Source: Octopus vulgaris
Lineage: Eukaryota
Assembly (NCBI GenBank): GCA_951406725.2
Contig: OX597828.1
Location: 3,100,001-3,164,000 of the forward strand
Direction of reading: 5' to 3'
DNA: 64,000 nt
Positions 24,502 through 35,462 of the stretch are shown here, one piece after another. Every line of letters begins with the position of its first letter. The stretch's first letter is position 1. The position numbers and the translations under genes were made by a program. The notes below the pieces were generated by a model. It ran no database searches, was not told the origin of the DNA, and worked only from the letters and a program-made list of their open reading frames with translations.

Positions 24502-27500
24502 ACTTCAAGATATAAATGGTTCAACAACATCCCAAGTGTTCGTTTCCTTATTCAATATATATATATTCATATGTGTGAGGTAATAAAAGAAAATAATACT
24601 TAACACATTTGGTTAGGCTTCATTATTTAATAACAATGTAACACAGCTCAATAGTAGTCAAAATGTCATGGACGTGGGACAAGTCCATATCGTTAGCTTG
24701 ATCAAACTATGGCTCTCTTGTAATTTCATCGCAGATCATATATCGAGAGAATCAAATTTCTAAAAAGTGCCCGAAACATTAGATACTTCTACTTTTCATA
24801 GCAAATCACTGACGCATCCACGAATTCCCTTGTGGATGTAGCTTTGTTGGCAGATCGCCATCACTGTGTGAGTTCGTGTGCTTATGTGGTGAGGTGGAGT
24901 ATTCGAACACCTACGAGCGTTAAGTTCTGTTTTACTAATATCTCATATTCACACTCGAGATTTTGCATTGGACTATTTTTTCCCATTATTGGCTCAGAAC
25001 TTCGAAGAGAGTCTGTAATGACTGAAAGTTGAGTAGATTCTGGTCCTGAAAAAGAATCTGGAAATAGAGTCTAATTTCTGCTCTTAGCGTCGTGTGGTCT
25101 TCCAGAAAGATCATCGAATATGATGGAAGTTCTGCCGAATTGGTGACAGTTTCAAGTTATTCATGAGAACCAAAGAAGTATAAAGTTTAGTGAAGTTAAT
25201 CAGATATATGCAATAAATGTGTTTTTGTGTTACAACACTAATACAGTTACTACACGTTTTGATTATTTTCATGTTCCTAAAAGCATGTTTTGAAAATATT
25301 TCTTTGTAGATGTGAAACCTAATAGACACCCGGCGTCTAGACTGTGAATGAATGATGACTGTGTAGGAATATTTATAAGTTTGAAAGGTTGAATTATGTG
25401 GGTGGAAATATATGTGGTTAGAATCGACGAAAAAAGTATTGTTTATGTATAAGAGAGAGAGGGTGTATTGGAGAGGATAAGAGAGTAATGAGCTACACTA
25501 GAATTAATAGCGTTGAGGTCGAAAACCCCCGGCAAAAGCTTGTCTATTCACGCTACAAAGAAGCGGTATAATTGGAAAATTCCGATTCAAGGCACAATCT
25601 ATAGATGGTATACAGCAATAATATTAGTTTCTCTGACGTTTTTAAAGATGAAAACATGAATAGAGGACTTAAGAGAGCGAGTCTCTAATAAATCTTACTG
25701 TACAGAAATAATATTGGTTGGTGGTAACTGTGAAAAAAGAATGAATTTGGTAAAGAAGCGCAATAGATCAGTTGCTTGTTAGGTGTAAGAACTGTCTTAG
25801 CAGAAGATGAGATTTACTGTAGACACATCCAGAAATATTTTTACAAGTTATGTGACGTCATGTATAATTAAACTAGATCGATGTATATTAAATCAGCATC
25901 ACATTCTTTAAATAACAAAATGTTTATAAAGTGTCAGTACCTAAATGAGAGAGCACTTGACAAGAATACTTGCCTGAAGAGAGTCTAAATACACTCAAAC
26001 AGTAGTTTATTTCCTGATCACGTCTCATAAACTGAAATTTTGAAGCAACACAATTTTCACAGCAAGACTAAGTATGTTTACTGAACACTCAACAGTTTAC
26101 GTTATGTGTTCTGTGGTGAAATTTATTATTAATTGCAATTGGTGAGAAACGACAATAATCGTTGTTTGTTTGTCTCCGATACCCTGTTGTACTCTACTAG
26201 TGGGTAGTAAAATTCAGGGGAAAAAGGAGACAACGAGAGAGGTGAGAGAGAAAAGAAAATATAGAAAGATAAAGTGAATACAAGTCAAAGAGAAAGAATA
26301 GAAGTGAAGTAGAAAATGAAACGATGAATAAATGAAAAGTAATTTATTTGTGACCATGATCGCCCCACTCCCCATTTACGAGAATGGTATTTGATGATTC
26401 GTGAATGAAAATAGTCATACTTCCCTTAGACAAGTTACAGGCTTTTTATGTAAAGGGAAATGGGGTAAACAGTTGATCCGAAACAATATATACGTTCTTA
26501 TTTGATTGATCCCGTAAAGATAAAAAGCAAAGTTAATCCAAGTGAGATTTGAACGCCGAAATGTAATGCACCAGCTAAAGGATCGTAGACTATAATAAAA
26601 TTCTGCATTCTATCATTTATGTCAGTTCTATGTCCCCTGTGATTAAGAGTTCTAACGAGTTCGTTTGGTCAGAAAAAGGATGCTTTTTGTAAAGGGATGG
26701 AATACAGTGTATCAAATCACCCGCAATAGCTCACACTATTTCAACTGTGTTAATAATCTGATTTTAATAAAACGATAATAATGAGTATGAAAATTGATTC
26801 TATATTTTGTTTTAGTATTGTTAAGTTCTCACGAGAGGTTTCACTAAGGATCTCCCTTGTTAATACAAGAATGCAATTAAACTCTACAATAGAGTAGTTT
26901 TTCATTTTCTGGTCTCACGTAAAATGACGATGACAACTCAATTACGACTGAATTTAATTTCGACTTTTATATTTATTTTTTCATTGATTTTCTTGAAATC
27001 AGTTTTGATATAATCGCCATTAATTTTAATAGATATGTAACCCTAGAGTGGTTTCATAGATTTTAAAGATTTAAACATATTTTCTCTAAAAATGCCATCA
27101 CATCTTGTTACAGTATAGCTAATACCTTTCGTTGCTTGGTATATTTCTCCTTCGTCAGTGTTCATTACTTTTCTTAGACATTAAATAAATCAGTTGGGGG
27201 TTTCTATATCTGATATCCTTGAAAATTAGTGGTATTTTATTTAGCTCTCAGTTACTTTGTGTTAGACCTTTACACTGCAAGATTTTTATATTAATTTTTT
27301 ATTCTTTCATAACAATCTCACGTGAATTTCCTTGTTTTGAACAATGTTAATTGGGAGGAGGATGAGTGCAAATTTTTATTCACTGTTTCACAGCAGGCCC
27401 AACAACCATTTTAATAATGAAGTATGTTTTAAAAGTCTAAACTGTAATAACTCTCATTTCTCAATACTTAAACTAAAGATACTTTTACAATTCAAAGAGA

Positions 27501-27789
27501 TGTTTCAATAATGAGCGTTTTGATCTCATATGTCTTAGTTGTAGATTAAATTCCTTATTTTAAAAGCTATGATCTGTGTAGAAAATTGGTACTAGCACAA
27601 AACCATTGTGAGATGTATGGCCTTGTTAAATGCAAGCAGCTCTGAACTCCACATTTTCCGGAGTCTGCAGAAGTACACTTTTGATATTCTGGCTCTAGTC
27701 ACGGCACCAACGTATGCAACATTCTCATCCATTCCGATCATTTGAGATAATGTAGTTTTCATCATAGATGGAGATAGACAAACCATTAA

Positions 27790-28095
27790 TGTACATTATT
27801 CACATTTGACAGATATTTGTCCTCATCTTGTTTGTTGTTAACACAAAATTTCGGCTTTCATCAGGTGCCTCGGGGAATTTCCCAAACCACGAAAGTCGGC
27901 TTGTGATATACGGATGTCCTGAATCCATACTTGGTACAAGTTATTAATACCCAGGCTCGAAATTTCCCCAAGACACCTGGTGAAGGCTGGAGGGTATATC
28001 AGCTGAAACGTTAAGTTAATAACAAACAAGATGAGGACAAATATCCGTCAATTGTAAATAATGTTAATAATTCCTCATCTCTTAAATATAGAACT
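27790..28095. mobile_element. Two inverted partial copies of the hammerhead-bearing SINE 3' part
   Basis: 27790-27885 (minus) and ~27945-28095 (plus) both match 30243-30395 (aaatttccccaagacacctga...aacaaacaagatgaggacaaatatc.gtcaa.tgtaaataatgt). Confidence 0.8.
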
Positions 28096-28599
28096 GCATT
28101 AATGCACATGTTCTATTACATCCTGTAGTGAGCTCCAGTTCGGCAATTCTGGAGTTGTTGGAAGCTTGGAGTCATCCCTTAATTACCATTACTCCAGGTC
28201 AATTCAGACTCCGAACGATAGTACCTGTTAGGGTCCAGTCTATGGGTTAAATAAATTCCCAAGCGATAAACGAGGTTCCCGTTGTTTTTGAGAAAGCCGT
28301 AGGGAAGGCAGCTCTTCATGGCGAAAATTACTCTAGCATAAAACTAGTTGCCGAATGTAATGCTTGTCACTAGAATCCACTATGGCGATTGAAGGAGTGT
28401 CAAAAGTGTTGTACATGCTTTTGTCACTTAAATCCAATGACGTATAGATGTCTCACCGTGATGTGAGACGGCTATCATCTGACAAGATGAGGCACTCCTC
28501 ATGCATGTATGTATGTATGTATGTATGTATGTATGTATGTATGTATGTCTCTTCTATCTTTTTTAATTATTATAAATCTTCCGCTGAGGAGCCGGTTTC

Positions 28600-29050
28600 C
28601 AACAAAAATACACGGCTCCACCTTTGGGATGTAGTTAACACAGACAAATTCACATTTGGAACTTGAGAAAAGTCTTGCATATTTTTACTGTTCCACTCGC
28701 ACATTGCACATGTAATGTACGAATTAGCCGGTCGATTTCTCTTTCTGAAAATCCCAGTTTATTCAGATTCTCCCTTAATCCTTTACTTACTAAACCTAGT
28801 GCTCCAAATATTATTGGTATGAACATGAATTCATTGTCTGGATATAGAAACTGGAGGTTTCGAAGCAGTTGTCCATAGATGTCCTCTTTTTCTTTGATTT
28901 TCAGATATTTATATCTGCAGGACAGGTGACCTCAATGATAGTACATACCTTTGTTCCCCTGTCCCAAACAACAATATCGGGCCTGTTATGTTTATATTTG
29001 ACAGAAGTTTTGACTGGAATATTTCACCAATATTCCTTGAGTTGGTGTTT
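28600..29050 (-). mobile_element. R4/Dong-like LINE 3' (REL) fragment
   Basis: Minus-strand remnants ILVKYSSQN../HNRPDIVVWDR/CTIIEVTCPAD/YPDNEFMFIPIIFGALG; same family as the 20030-21180 fragment. Confidence 0.6.
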
Positions 29051-29129
29051 TTGTATGCATGCATGTATGCATGTATGTATGTATGCATATATGTAGTATG
29101 TATGTATGTATGTATTTATGTATATGTAT

Positions 29130-29235
29130 CGTCGGCAGTTCTGTACATATATGTATGTGTGTGATCAGTGATCCTGTATATATGTATGTGTGTGGTCAGT
29201 AGTTCAGTATATATATATGTGTGTGGTTAGTAGCC

Positions 29236-29299
<64 letters not shown>

Positions 29300-29450
29300 T
29301 TTTGTGTGTGTGTGTGTGTGTATGTGTGGCCAGTAGTGCCGTACATATATGTATGTGTAAAGTCGGTGGTCTTGTGTATATGTATGTGTATGGTCAGTAA
29401 TCCTGTATACATGTATGTGTGTGGTCAGTAGTTTTGTATATCAGTAGTTA
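29130..29450. repeat. ~31-bp minisatellite interrupted by (TA)n
   Basis: About 8 diverged copies of cagtgatcctgtatatatgtatgtgtgtggt. Confidence 0.8.
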
Positions 29451-29768
29451 ACAGTGATATTATTAAAAACACTCAGGAATAGTAGAATAGCAAGTATAAT
29501 AACTAAGAGAAAAAACAAGCAAAAAAGAAAAACAAGCATTACAACAATCTAGAAAACACTAATGACCAAAACCGCGATTCCACTTTGAATAGAAACCAGA
29601 CAATGAAATGTGAAACCACGAAAGTGGAAAATTGTTCAACAAAACTAATTGTATTATATGTAGAATCATGTTCATCTTTTTTCTTTTTTCTGAAATGTCT
29701 TGTACTTCTAGGATTGGAATATTATTTGTATGGAACAATTTTGGGTGAAAAAAATGAAATGACCATTA

Positions 29769-29850
<82 letters not shown>

Positions 29851-29851
<1 letters not shown>

Positions 29852-30086
29852 GCGAGTTGGCAGAAACGTTAGCACGCCGGGTGAAATGCTTAGCGGTATT
29901 TCGTCTGCCGTTACGTTCTGAGTTCAAATTCCGCCGAGTCAACTTTGCCTTTCATCTTTTCGGGGTCGATTAAATAAGTACCAGTTACGCACTGGAGTCG
30001 ATATAATCGACTTAATCCGTTTGTCTGTCCTTGTTTGTCCCCTCTGTGTTTAGCTCCTTGTGGGCAGTAAAGAAATAGGTATTTGT
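29851..30086 (+). mobile_element. SINE family C
   Basis: gcgagttggcagaaacgttagcacgccgg...gagttcaaattccgccgag...tttgcctttcatc.ttcggggtcgat; follows (TAT)n. Copies also at 35085-35462, 46735-47010, 48862-49072 and 50922-51240. Confidence 0.85.
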
Positions 30087-30111
30087 CTTAACCACTATGC
30101 CATATACCCAC

Positions 30112-30395
30112 GGGCATATGGCATAGTGGTTAAGAGCGCGGGCTACTAACCCCAAGATTCCGAGTTCGATTAAAGGCAGTGACCTGAACAACAACAACAA
30201 TTATAATAATAATAGCATCGAAAAATACCTTAGGAATGAGAACCCAGGTTCGAAATTTCCCCAAGACACCTGAAGAAGGCTGGAGGGTATATCAGCCGAA
30301 ACTTTGTGTTAACAACAAACAAGATTAGGACAAATATCGTCAAATGTAAATAATGTAAATACTGAACATAATTCCTCATCTCTTAAATATAGAAC
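30112..30395 (+). mobile_element. tRNA-headed SINE containing a hammerhead motif, preceded by an inverted duplication of its 5' end
   Basis: A-box tggcatagtgg (~30119), anticodon-like arm ggg-ctactaa-ccc, B-box gagttcgatt (30161); hammerhead at 30265-30310; 30087-30109 is the reverse complement of 30112-30134 (22/23). Confidence 0.75.
30265..30310 (+). ncRNA. Minimal type I hammerhead motif within SINE
   Basis: gacac-ctgaaga-a-ggctg..cagcc-gaaa-ct-tt-gtgtt. The sibling copy at 27972-28012 has ctggtga and gaaa-cg-tt, suggesting an ancestral CUGAUGA...GAAACGUU. Confidence 0.65.
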
Positions 30396-30399
30396 AGCT

Positions 30400-30814
30400 T
30401 TTTGTTTTGTTCGTGTTTTGTGGCTATTAGTTTTCCTTGCTTCTGAAGTAGGTATTTTTGTTGTCCTATGGTGGTTATTTTGTAATAGTTTTGTAGTTGT
30501 ATAAGGCCTCTACTATCTTCGATGATACGTTGTATGTCAGATTTTGTGTGTCAGATTTTGAGCGGTGCATGCTAAATAGTATCATTATTTTTCTTGTTTT
30601 TCTATCTATTTTGATTGGTTCATTTAGAGTCCTGTTAAGAATATTGTATCTGTAACTTATAAATAGGACGGCTAGAGTGTTGATAACTATTATCTTGTTT
30701 TTCGCATTGAGCTCTGTTTTCAGTATTAATCTAACTCGTGCATAGTATTCTTTTCTTATCTTCTCTTTCATTTGTGTGCGTTGTATCATATGTAGTTCAT
30801 TGATTCCAAAGCAT

Positions 30815-30882
<68 letters not shown>

Positions 30883-32300
30883 TTATTATTATTATTGCCT
30901 TTGCACAGCTTCTAACGCTGGAGATGTACTACAGTGTCAGCTGTTCACTACCAGTGAACTAAGGTAACACCTCTTATTTTTCGAGCACCTTCCGGAGTAT
31001 TCGAGCGGTTCCAAGCAGTGCTGTTTTCTGCAAGTGCTCCACCCTTATTGCAACCCCTATATGTTCCATGTACTTCTCGAGGTTTTTACTTACTGCTTCC
31101 AGGGCTCTGACAATTATTGGTACCACTTTCGAGGTCGATAAAATAAATTGGTAGTTGAACACTGGGGTCAATGTAATTGACTTCTCCCTAGCATAAAAAA
31201 TTGCTGCTCTTGTGCCAAAATCAGAAAGAATTATTGCAATAAATGTACAACTGAGTTCAACTTTGAATGCATTGGGTTCGGGAAGTGTTTGTGTCTTTCT
31301 ATTGTATTGAAAATATATGTAATATGTGTGCATATTCTAACATTTAACAAGGCACCTATCCTTATAGGAATTGTTTCCTATGGGATAATTTGTCTTTTTC
31401 TTTTAGTTATATATTATAGTCTGTTGGAACTATTATTTCAATTAGTGGGCATTTTCTTTTCTAGTAAGCCTAGTTCTGGTTGTCTGATTGGATTGAAATA
31501 TCTTTAAGTATGATTGCCCTGTCCTTATTTGACACCGTTTCTTGATTATGGGATATACCACTCAATTCTGCTGTTATAACACTGGTTTAATAGCCACCAT
31601 ATTAAAATTCCTTTGTCTTGCACGTAAGTGTTTTTTTCTTTAGTTACAACTGGACTGCCTGAGACAACGTGTATAATTGTTTCTCTCTAACCTTTCGATA
31701 TTCTGCAGTTTCTAAATGTATATGTGTCCATTATATAAGTTTGTTCCTGGTGGGAAAAATTTGGTCCCGTGCAACAGTAAAAAAAAATCCTTTCCGTTTC
31801 AACTTTGAGTGTTGCACTTTTTAGAAAATGTTGAGAATTTCTTTTGTTTATTCTCTACCTCACTGTCCAACCCAGAAACATTTCCAAGTTGACATAGGTA
31901 TTAGCCATATAGTGGCTTTTCCTACTACAGAGATAGCATGACATCCACTAACCCTATTTTAAGCTCAGTTTTTAGTTCCACTTCACTATTTCTGCTGTTG
32001 CCTTTCTCTCAGTAACTCTGTTTTCCCTTTTCCAACCTCTATTTTATATTATTTTCTTGGCTTCGTGAAAAGAAGAAAGTGGTTATTTTGTTTTGCAGCT
32101 ATTTTTATTGGTTTCCATTTTTATTTATAAGATATTTTTGTAGTTCTAAAATAGATATTTTGAAATATATTTCTATTTGCAACAGGCTCTGACACCCTAT
32201 ATTTGTGATGAATATATTTCTGTTTTAGATCTTTTGGCGATGTATTCTAAATAATATATTTATTTTTACCTTCTGGAGTGAGAGTCGATAAAATAAAGAT
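30400..32300 (-). mobile_element. Fragments of R4/Dong-like LINEs separated by (TAC)n/(TAT)n
   Basis: ORF 30475-30789 (KEYYARVRLILKTELNAKNKIIVINTLAV) and ORF 30974-31333, whose C-terminus reads PIIVRALEAV..LQKTALLGTARILRKVLEK, the typical end of this clade. Confidence 0.75.
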
Positions 32301-32362
32301 TCCATGGGTGATAATCTTCGTACTGGTGTGTGTATTTTGAACAACCTTTTATTCAAAATAAA

Positions 32363-32630
32363 TCTTTATATATAAAAGTGAAGTTGTGTGTCTGTCGCCT
32401 ACTTCCTAATTACTCCCACATTTTGCGATGCAGTTTAACCAAAAGCGGGTATCTTATAGTCGTGATTCATATCGAGCCCTTCTGGGTATTAGCGCGCGCG
32501 ATGTGTCTACGATGTGTCTACGATTTAAAAAAAAAATTACCATCATTCTTTCCCATTTTTAATGCATTTTTTGCTATTATATAAGGGAAGTAACTCTCTA
32601 AAAATGCTTATATAGTTATTTCCCTGCTAG
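32363..32630 (+). mobile_element. Non-autonomous Helitron lacking the 3' hairpin
   Basis: A|TC start (tctttatatataaa) and CTAG|T end. The 3' part (aaaaaaattaccatcatt..aactctctaaaaatgct..atagttatttccct) is shared with 36854-37226. Confidence 0.7.
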
Positions 32631-34090
32631 TGATAAATAATTTCCGAAAATTCTTGATCTGAAAATCTAGTCATACAAAAGGTTGCTGGTTTGAAATAAT
32701 CCCTAGAGGAAGAATAGAACCCTCAATCATATATGATCAAAATGCACGGAGAAAAAGAGGGATCATTCTCCCTAAATTCTTTCAGTATTCACCTACCATT
32801 AAGTAGTGAAGTTATTTCGAACAGTTGTTGCAAGGACGGATCCAACATTAAAGCACTTGGAAAATTCCTTCCACCTATTCACGTGGTAAAGAGAAGCAAC
32901 TTGTTTTTCTCAGATCGGTCACTCTGGTGAAAGAGGCTTATGAAGGAACGATGTTTAAAAGACTGCTAAAAAATTGTTTGTTTGCTGGCAGCCTCTCAGT
33001 TATGCATAATTGATTTTATTATATTGTTTATGACTATGACACTGAATAGTTATATAGATTGTTACTTTAATTTATTATATCGCGCCTGGAATCTCTGTTC
33101 TGTATGGGTATTACAGAAGCAATCTTTCAAGAGATGAAAAATAAAAAGCAAGCTATTCACGATATTCGTTCAGAATTTTGCTTGGTTACATATTTATCAC
33201 AATCGTTTGCTCTATTAGGTCTCAGCTGTGTTATGTCTCGTCAACACTGTTATGTCCTTTTTTGAACTGTATATGCCACTTTATATTGTGGACTTGTAAC
33301 AAGGCTATAACAATACAAATATAAATCAGAAATAACACGTCACAAACAATATCTCGTCTCAACGACTTCTACGACTGTCTTCATAAAGCGCCTGCAGACA
33401 CTACACCGCCCCTCACTGACAGTGCGCATGCGCTTTTATACGGTTTAAGACAGTTGACTTGCTATCCCACAGGGGTGTCAGGATTTCACCACAACATCTC
33501 CCCTTTTTGCGTTTGACTTTCGTTGAAAGTCAATATTTTTCTTTTAATTATTATCTTCATTACCATTTCTCCCCACTTTCTTTTTTTTCAATTCCTCATG
33601 AAGAAATTGGAACATTTCTTTCGTTTTGGATCTTCTTGCAAAAATTCTGTTTGCTTTCTTTTCCTAGTCGTTGGTTCGATTATTTCTTAAGGTACCAGGA
33701 CGTCAAAAATGTCATAAAGAAAATCCATTGACTCTTCATATCTTATTCTTTCTTCCGTAAATCTTTTTTTTTTTTAGTTGGTTTAGGTGTCGCTTGTGTT
33801 CCCACATATGAACTTTTACCATGTACGTTATTTTTCCTAAGCGTTTACTTATTATACTTCTTCACAACTTTCCTTTCTGTTTCTATATATTCAAAGAAAA
33901 AACAACCTTGTCACCGATTTTGAAGTATTTCATCGTTTCTTCGATGTTTCTCTCCGTTTTTTCTTTTCTTTCCGGTAGTAATTTGTCAAACACTGACCTG
34001 ACTTCCTTGGCGAACATTAGTTCAGCTGACGACATACCTGATGTGGTGTTGGGGTTAGGTGTTATTCGGTAGACACTTAAGAATTGCGTC

Positions 34091-34485
34091 TTACTTGTAC
34101 TTGTGGCGACATTCACCCTGGGCGGGTTGAATGGGCTTCTTCCACCACCCTCGAGGCATTGTACTCGCCCTTGAGAATTCATGGAAGAAGTTTCGCGGGA
34201 ATATGTGGATTTGATAAGCGGTCCCCAACAATCCCGCATGTAGAGACATCCTGTTTGCCGCAGATTGTCCGCAGACGCAGAGGCAGGACGACCGAGGAGC
34301 CGCCGGTTGCCGAAACAGACACTCCGAGGATTTTCTGCCGGGTTGTGGCCCTAATACCACTCGGTGTCAGACCAATCCGCCTTAGGTGGCCCTACCAGGA
34401 ACCGAAGTTCCCGACGGCATAGCTCTGTCACTACCCGTTGCCAGCGTCCCCACCACGGTGAGGAGGGGATGGACTTTGGAGACGC
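34091..34485 (-). mobile_element. Non-autonomous RTE-derived retroposon nested in the Gypsy integrase
   Basis: Perfect 12-bp TSD aagaattgcgtc (34079-90, 34486-97); RTE 5'-UTR-like motif gagctatgccg...gtagggccacctaaggcgga..ggtc; caagtacaagtaa tail. Confidence 0.75.
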
Positions 34486-35084
34486 AAGAATTGCGTCAAT
34501 GCAGTGTCAGCTAGATTTTTCAGCACCCTTTTAAACGTGTCTACGAAACATTCCGTTGTCCATTCGATCTCGGATGGTATGGCGAGTAGTAATATACTCC
34601 ACTGCATGCATTGCGCAAAAGTTTTAAAATTCCTTTAACGTGAACTGTGTTCCGTTATCAGACACTACAGCGTCTGGGACGCCATATCGTGCAAAAAGTT
34701 GGTCCAGAAATGCTATCGTTACTTTGGAGGTTAGCTTCCCACATATTTCCGGCCATTTCGTGTAACTATCCACGACTATTAGATAATATCACCCATCTAA
34801 CGGTCCTGCGAAGTGTATGTGTAAGCTTCACCAATGTACATCAGTGTTGGGCCAAGATTGAATTTTTACAGGTGGTGCCTTTGCTGCCAGGGCTCAACCA
34901 TTGCAGGCTTTCACCAATTCTTCAATATCCTGATCCATATTCAGCCAGTATACATAGATTCTCATCAATGCGTTCATTCTCGCAATTCTTGGCTGTCCCA
35001 TGTGGAATTCTTTCAACAGACGGTTTTGCAAAAAACAAGCATTACAACCCTCTGAGCGTACATAAGTATGTCGTCATATATCGA

Positions 35085-35462
35085 ATACCTATTTATTTAC
35101 TACCCACAAGGGGCTAAACACAGAGAGGACAAACAAGGACAGACAAACGGATTAAGTCGATTATATCGACTGCAGTGCATAACTGGTACTTAATTTATCG
35201 ATCCCGAAAGGATGAAAGGCAAAGTCGACCGCGTCGGAATTTGAACTCAGAACGTAGCGGCAGACTATAAACCCCCTGTTTCTTTATTACCCACAAGGGG
35301 CTAAACACAGGGGACAAACAAGGACAAACAGACGGATTAAGTCGATTATATCGACCCCAGTGCGCAACTGGTACTTAATTTATCGACCCCTAAAGGGTAA
35401 AAGGCAAAGTCGACCATACCGCTCAGCATTTCGCCCGACGTGCTAACGTTTCTGCCAGCTCG
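35085..35462 (-). mobile_element. SINE family C, partially duplicated, nested in Gypsy
   Basis: Two tandem copies of tacccacaaggggctaaacacag...atcgac..cagtgc..aactggtacttaatttatcga, plus the head at 35420-35462. Confidence 0.85.

Larger units (their letters stand above)
21790..24556 (-). mobile_element. Non-coding PLE-like element with ~310-bp inverted arms, each carrying a hammerhead
   Basis: Arms at 21877-22189 and 24242-24556 are reverse complements. An extra tail (21790-21876) is present on the left only, and there is (TA)n at both ends. Same layout as the 145-7059 element. Confidence 0.7.

Noticed and set aside
29130-29450. CRISPR-like array
   Set aside because: Contiguous diverged tandem units without unique spacers, in eukaryotic context.
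30112-30185. Functional tRNA gene (also 7294-7370)
   Set aside because: Acceptor and T stems do not close and the sequence continues into a repeat body; these are SINE heads.
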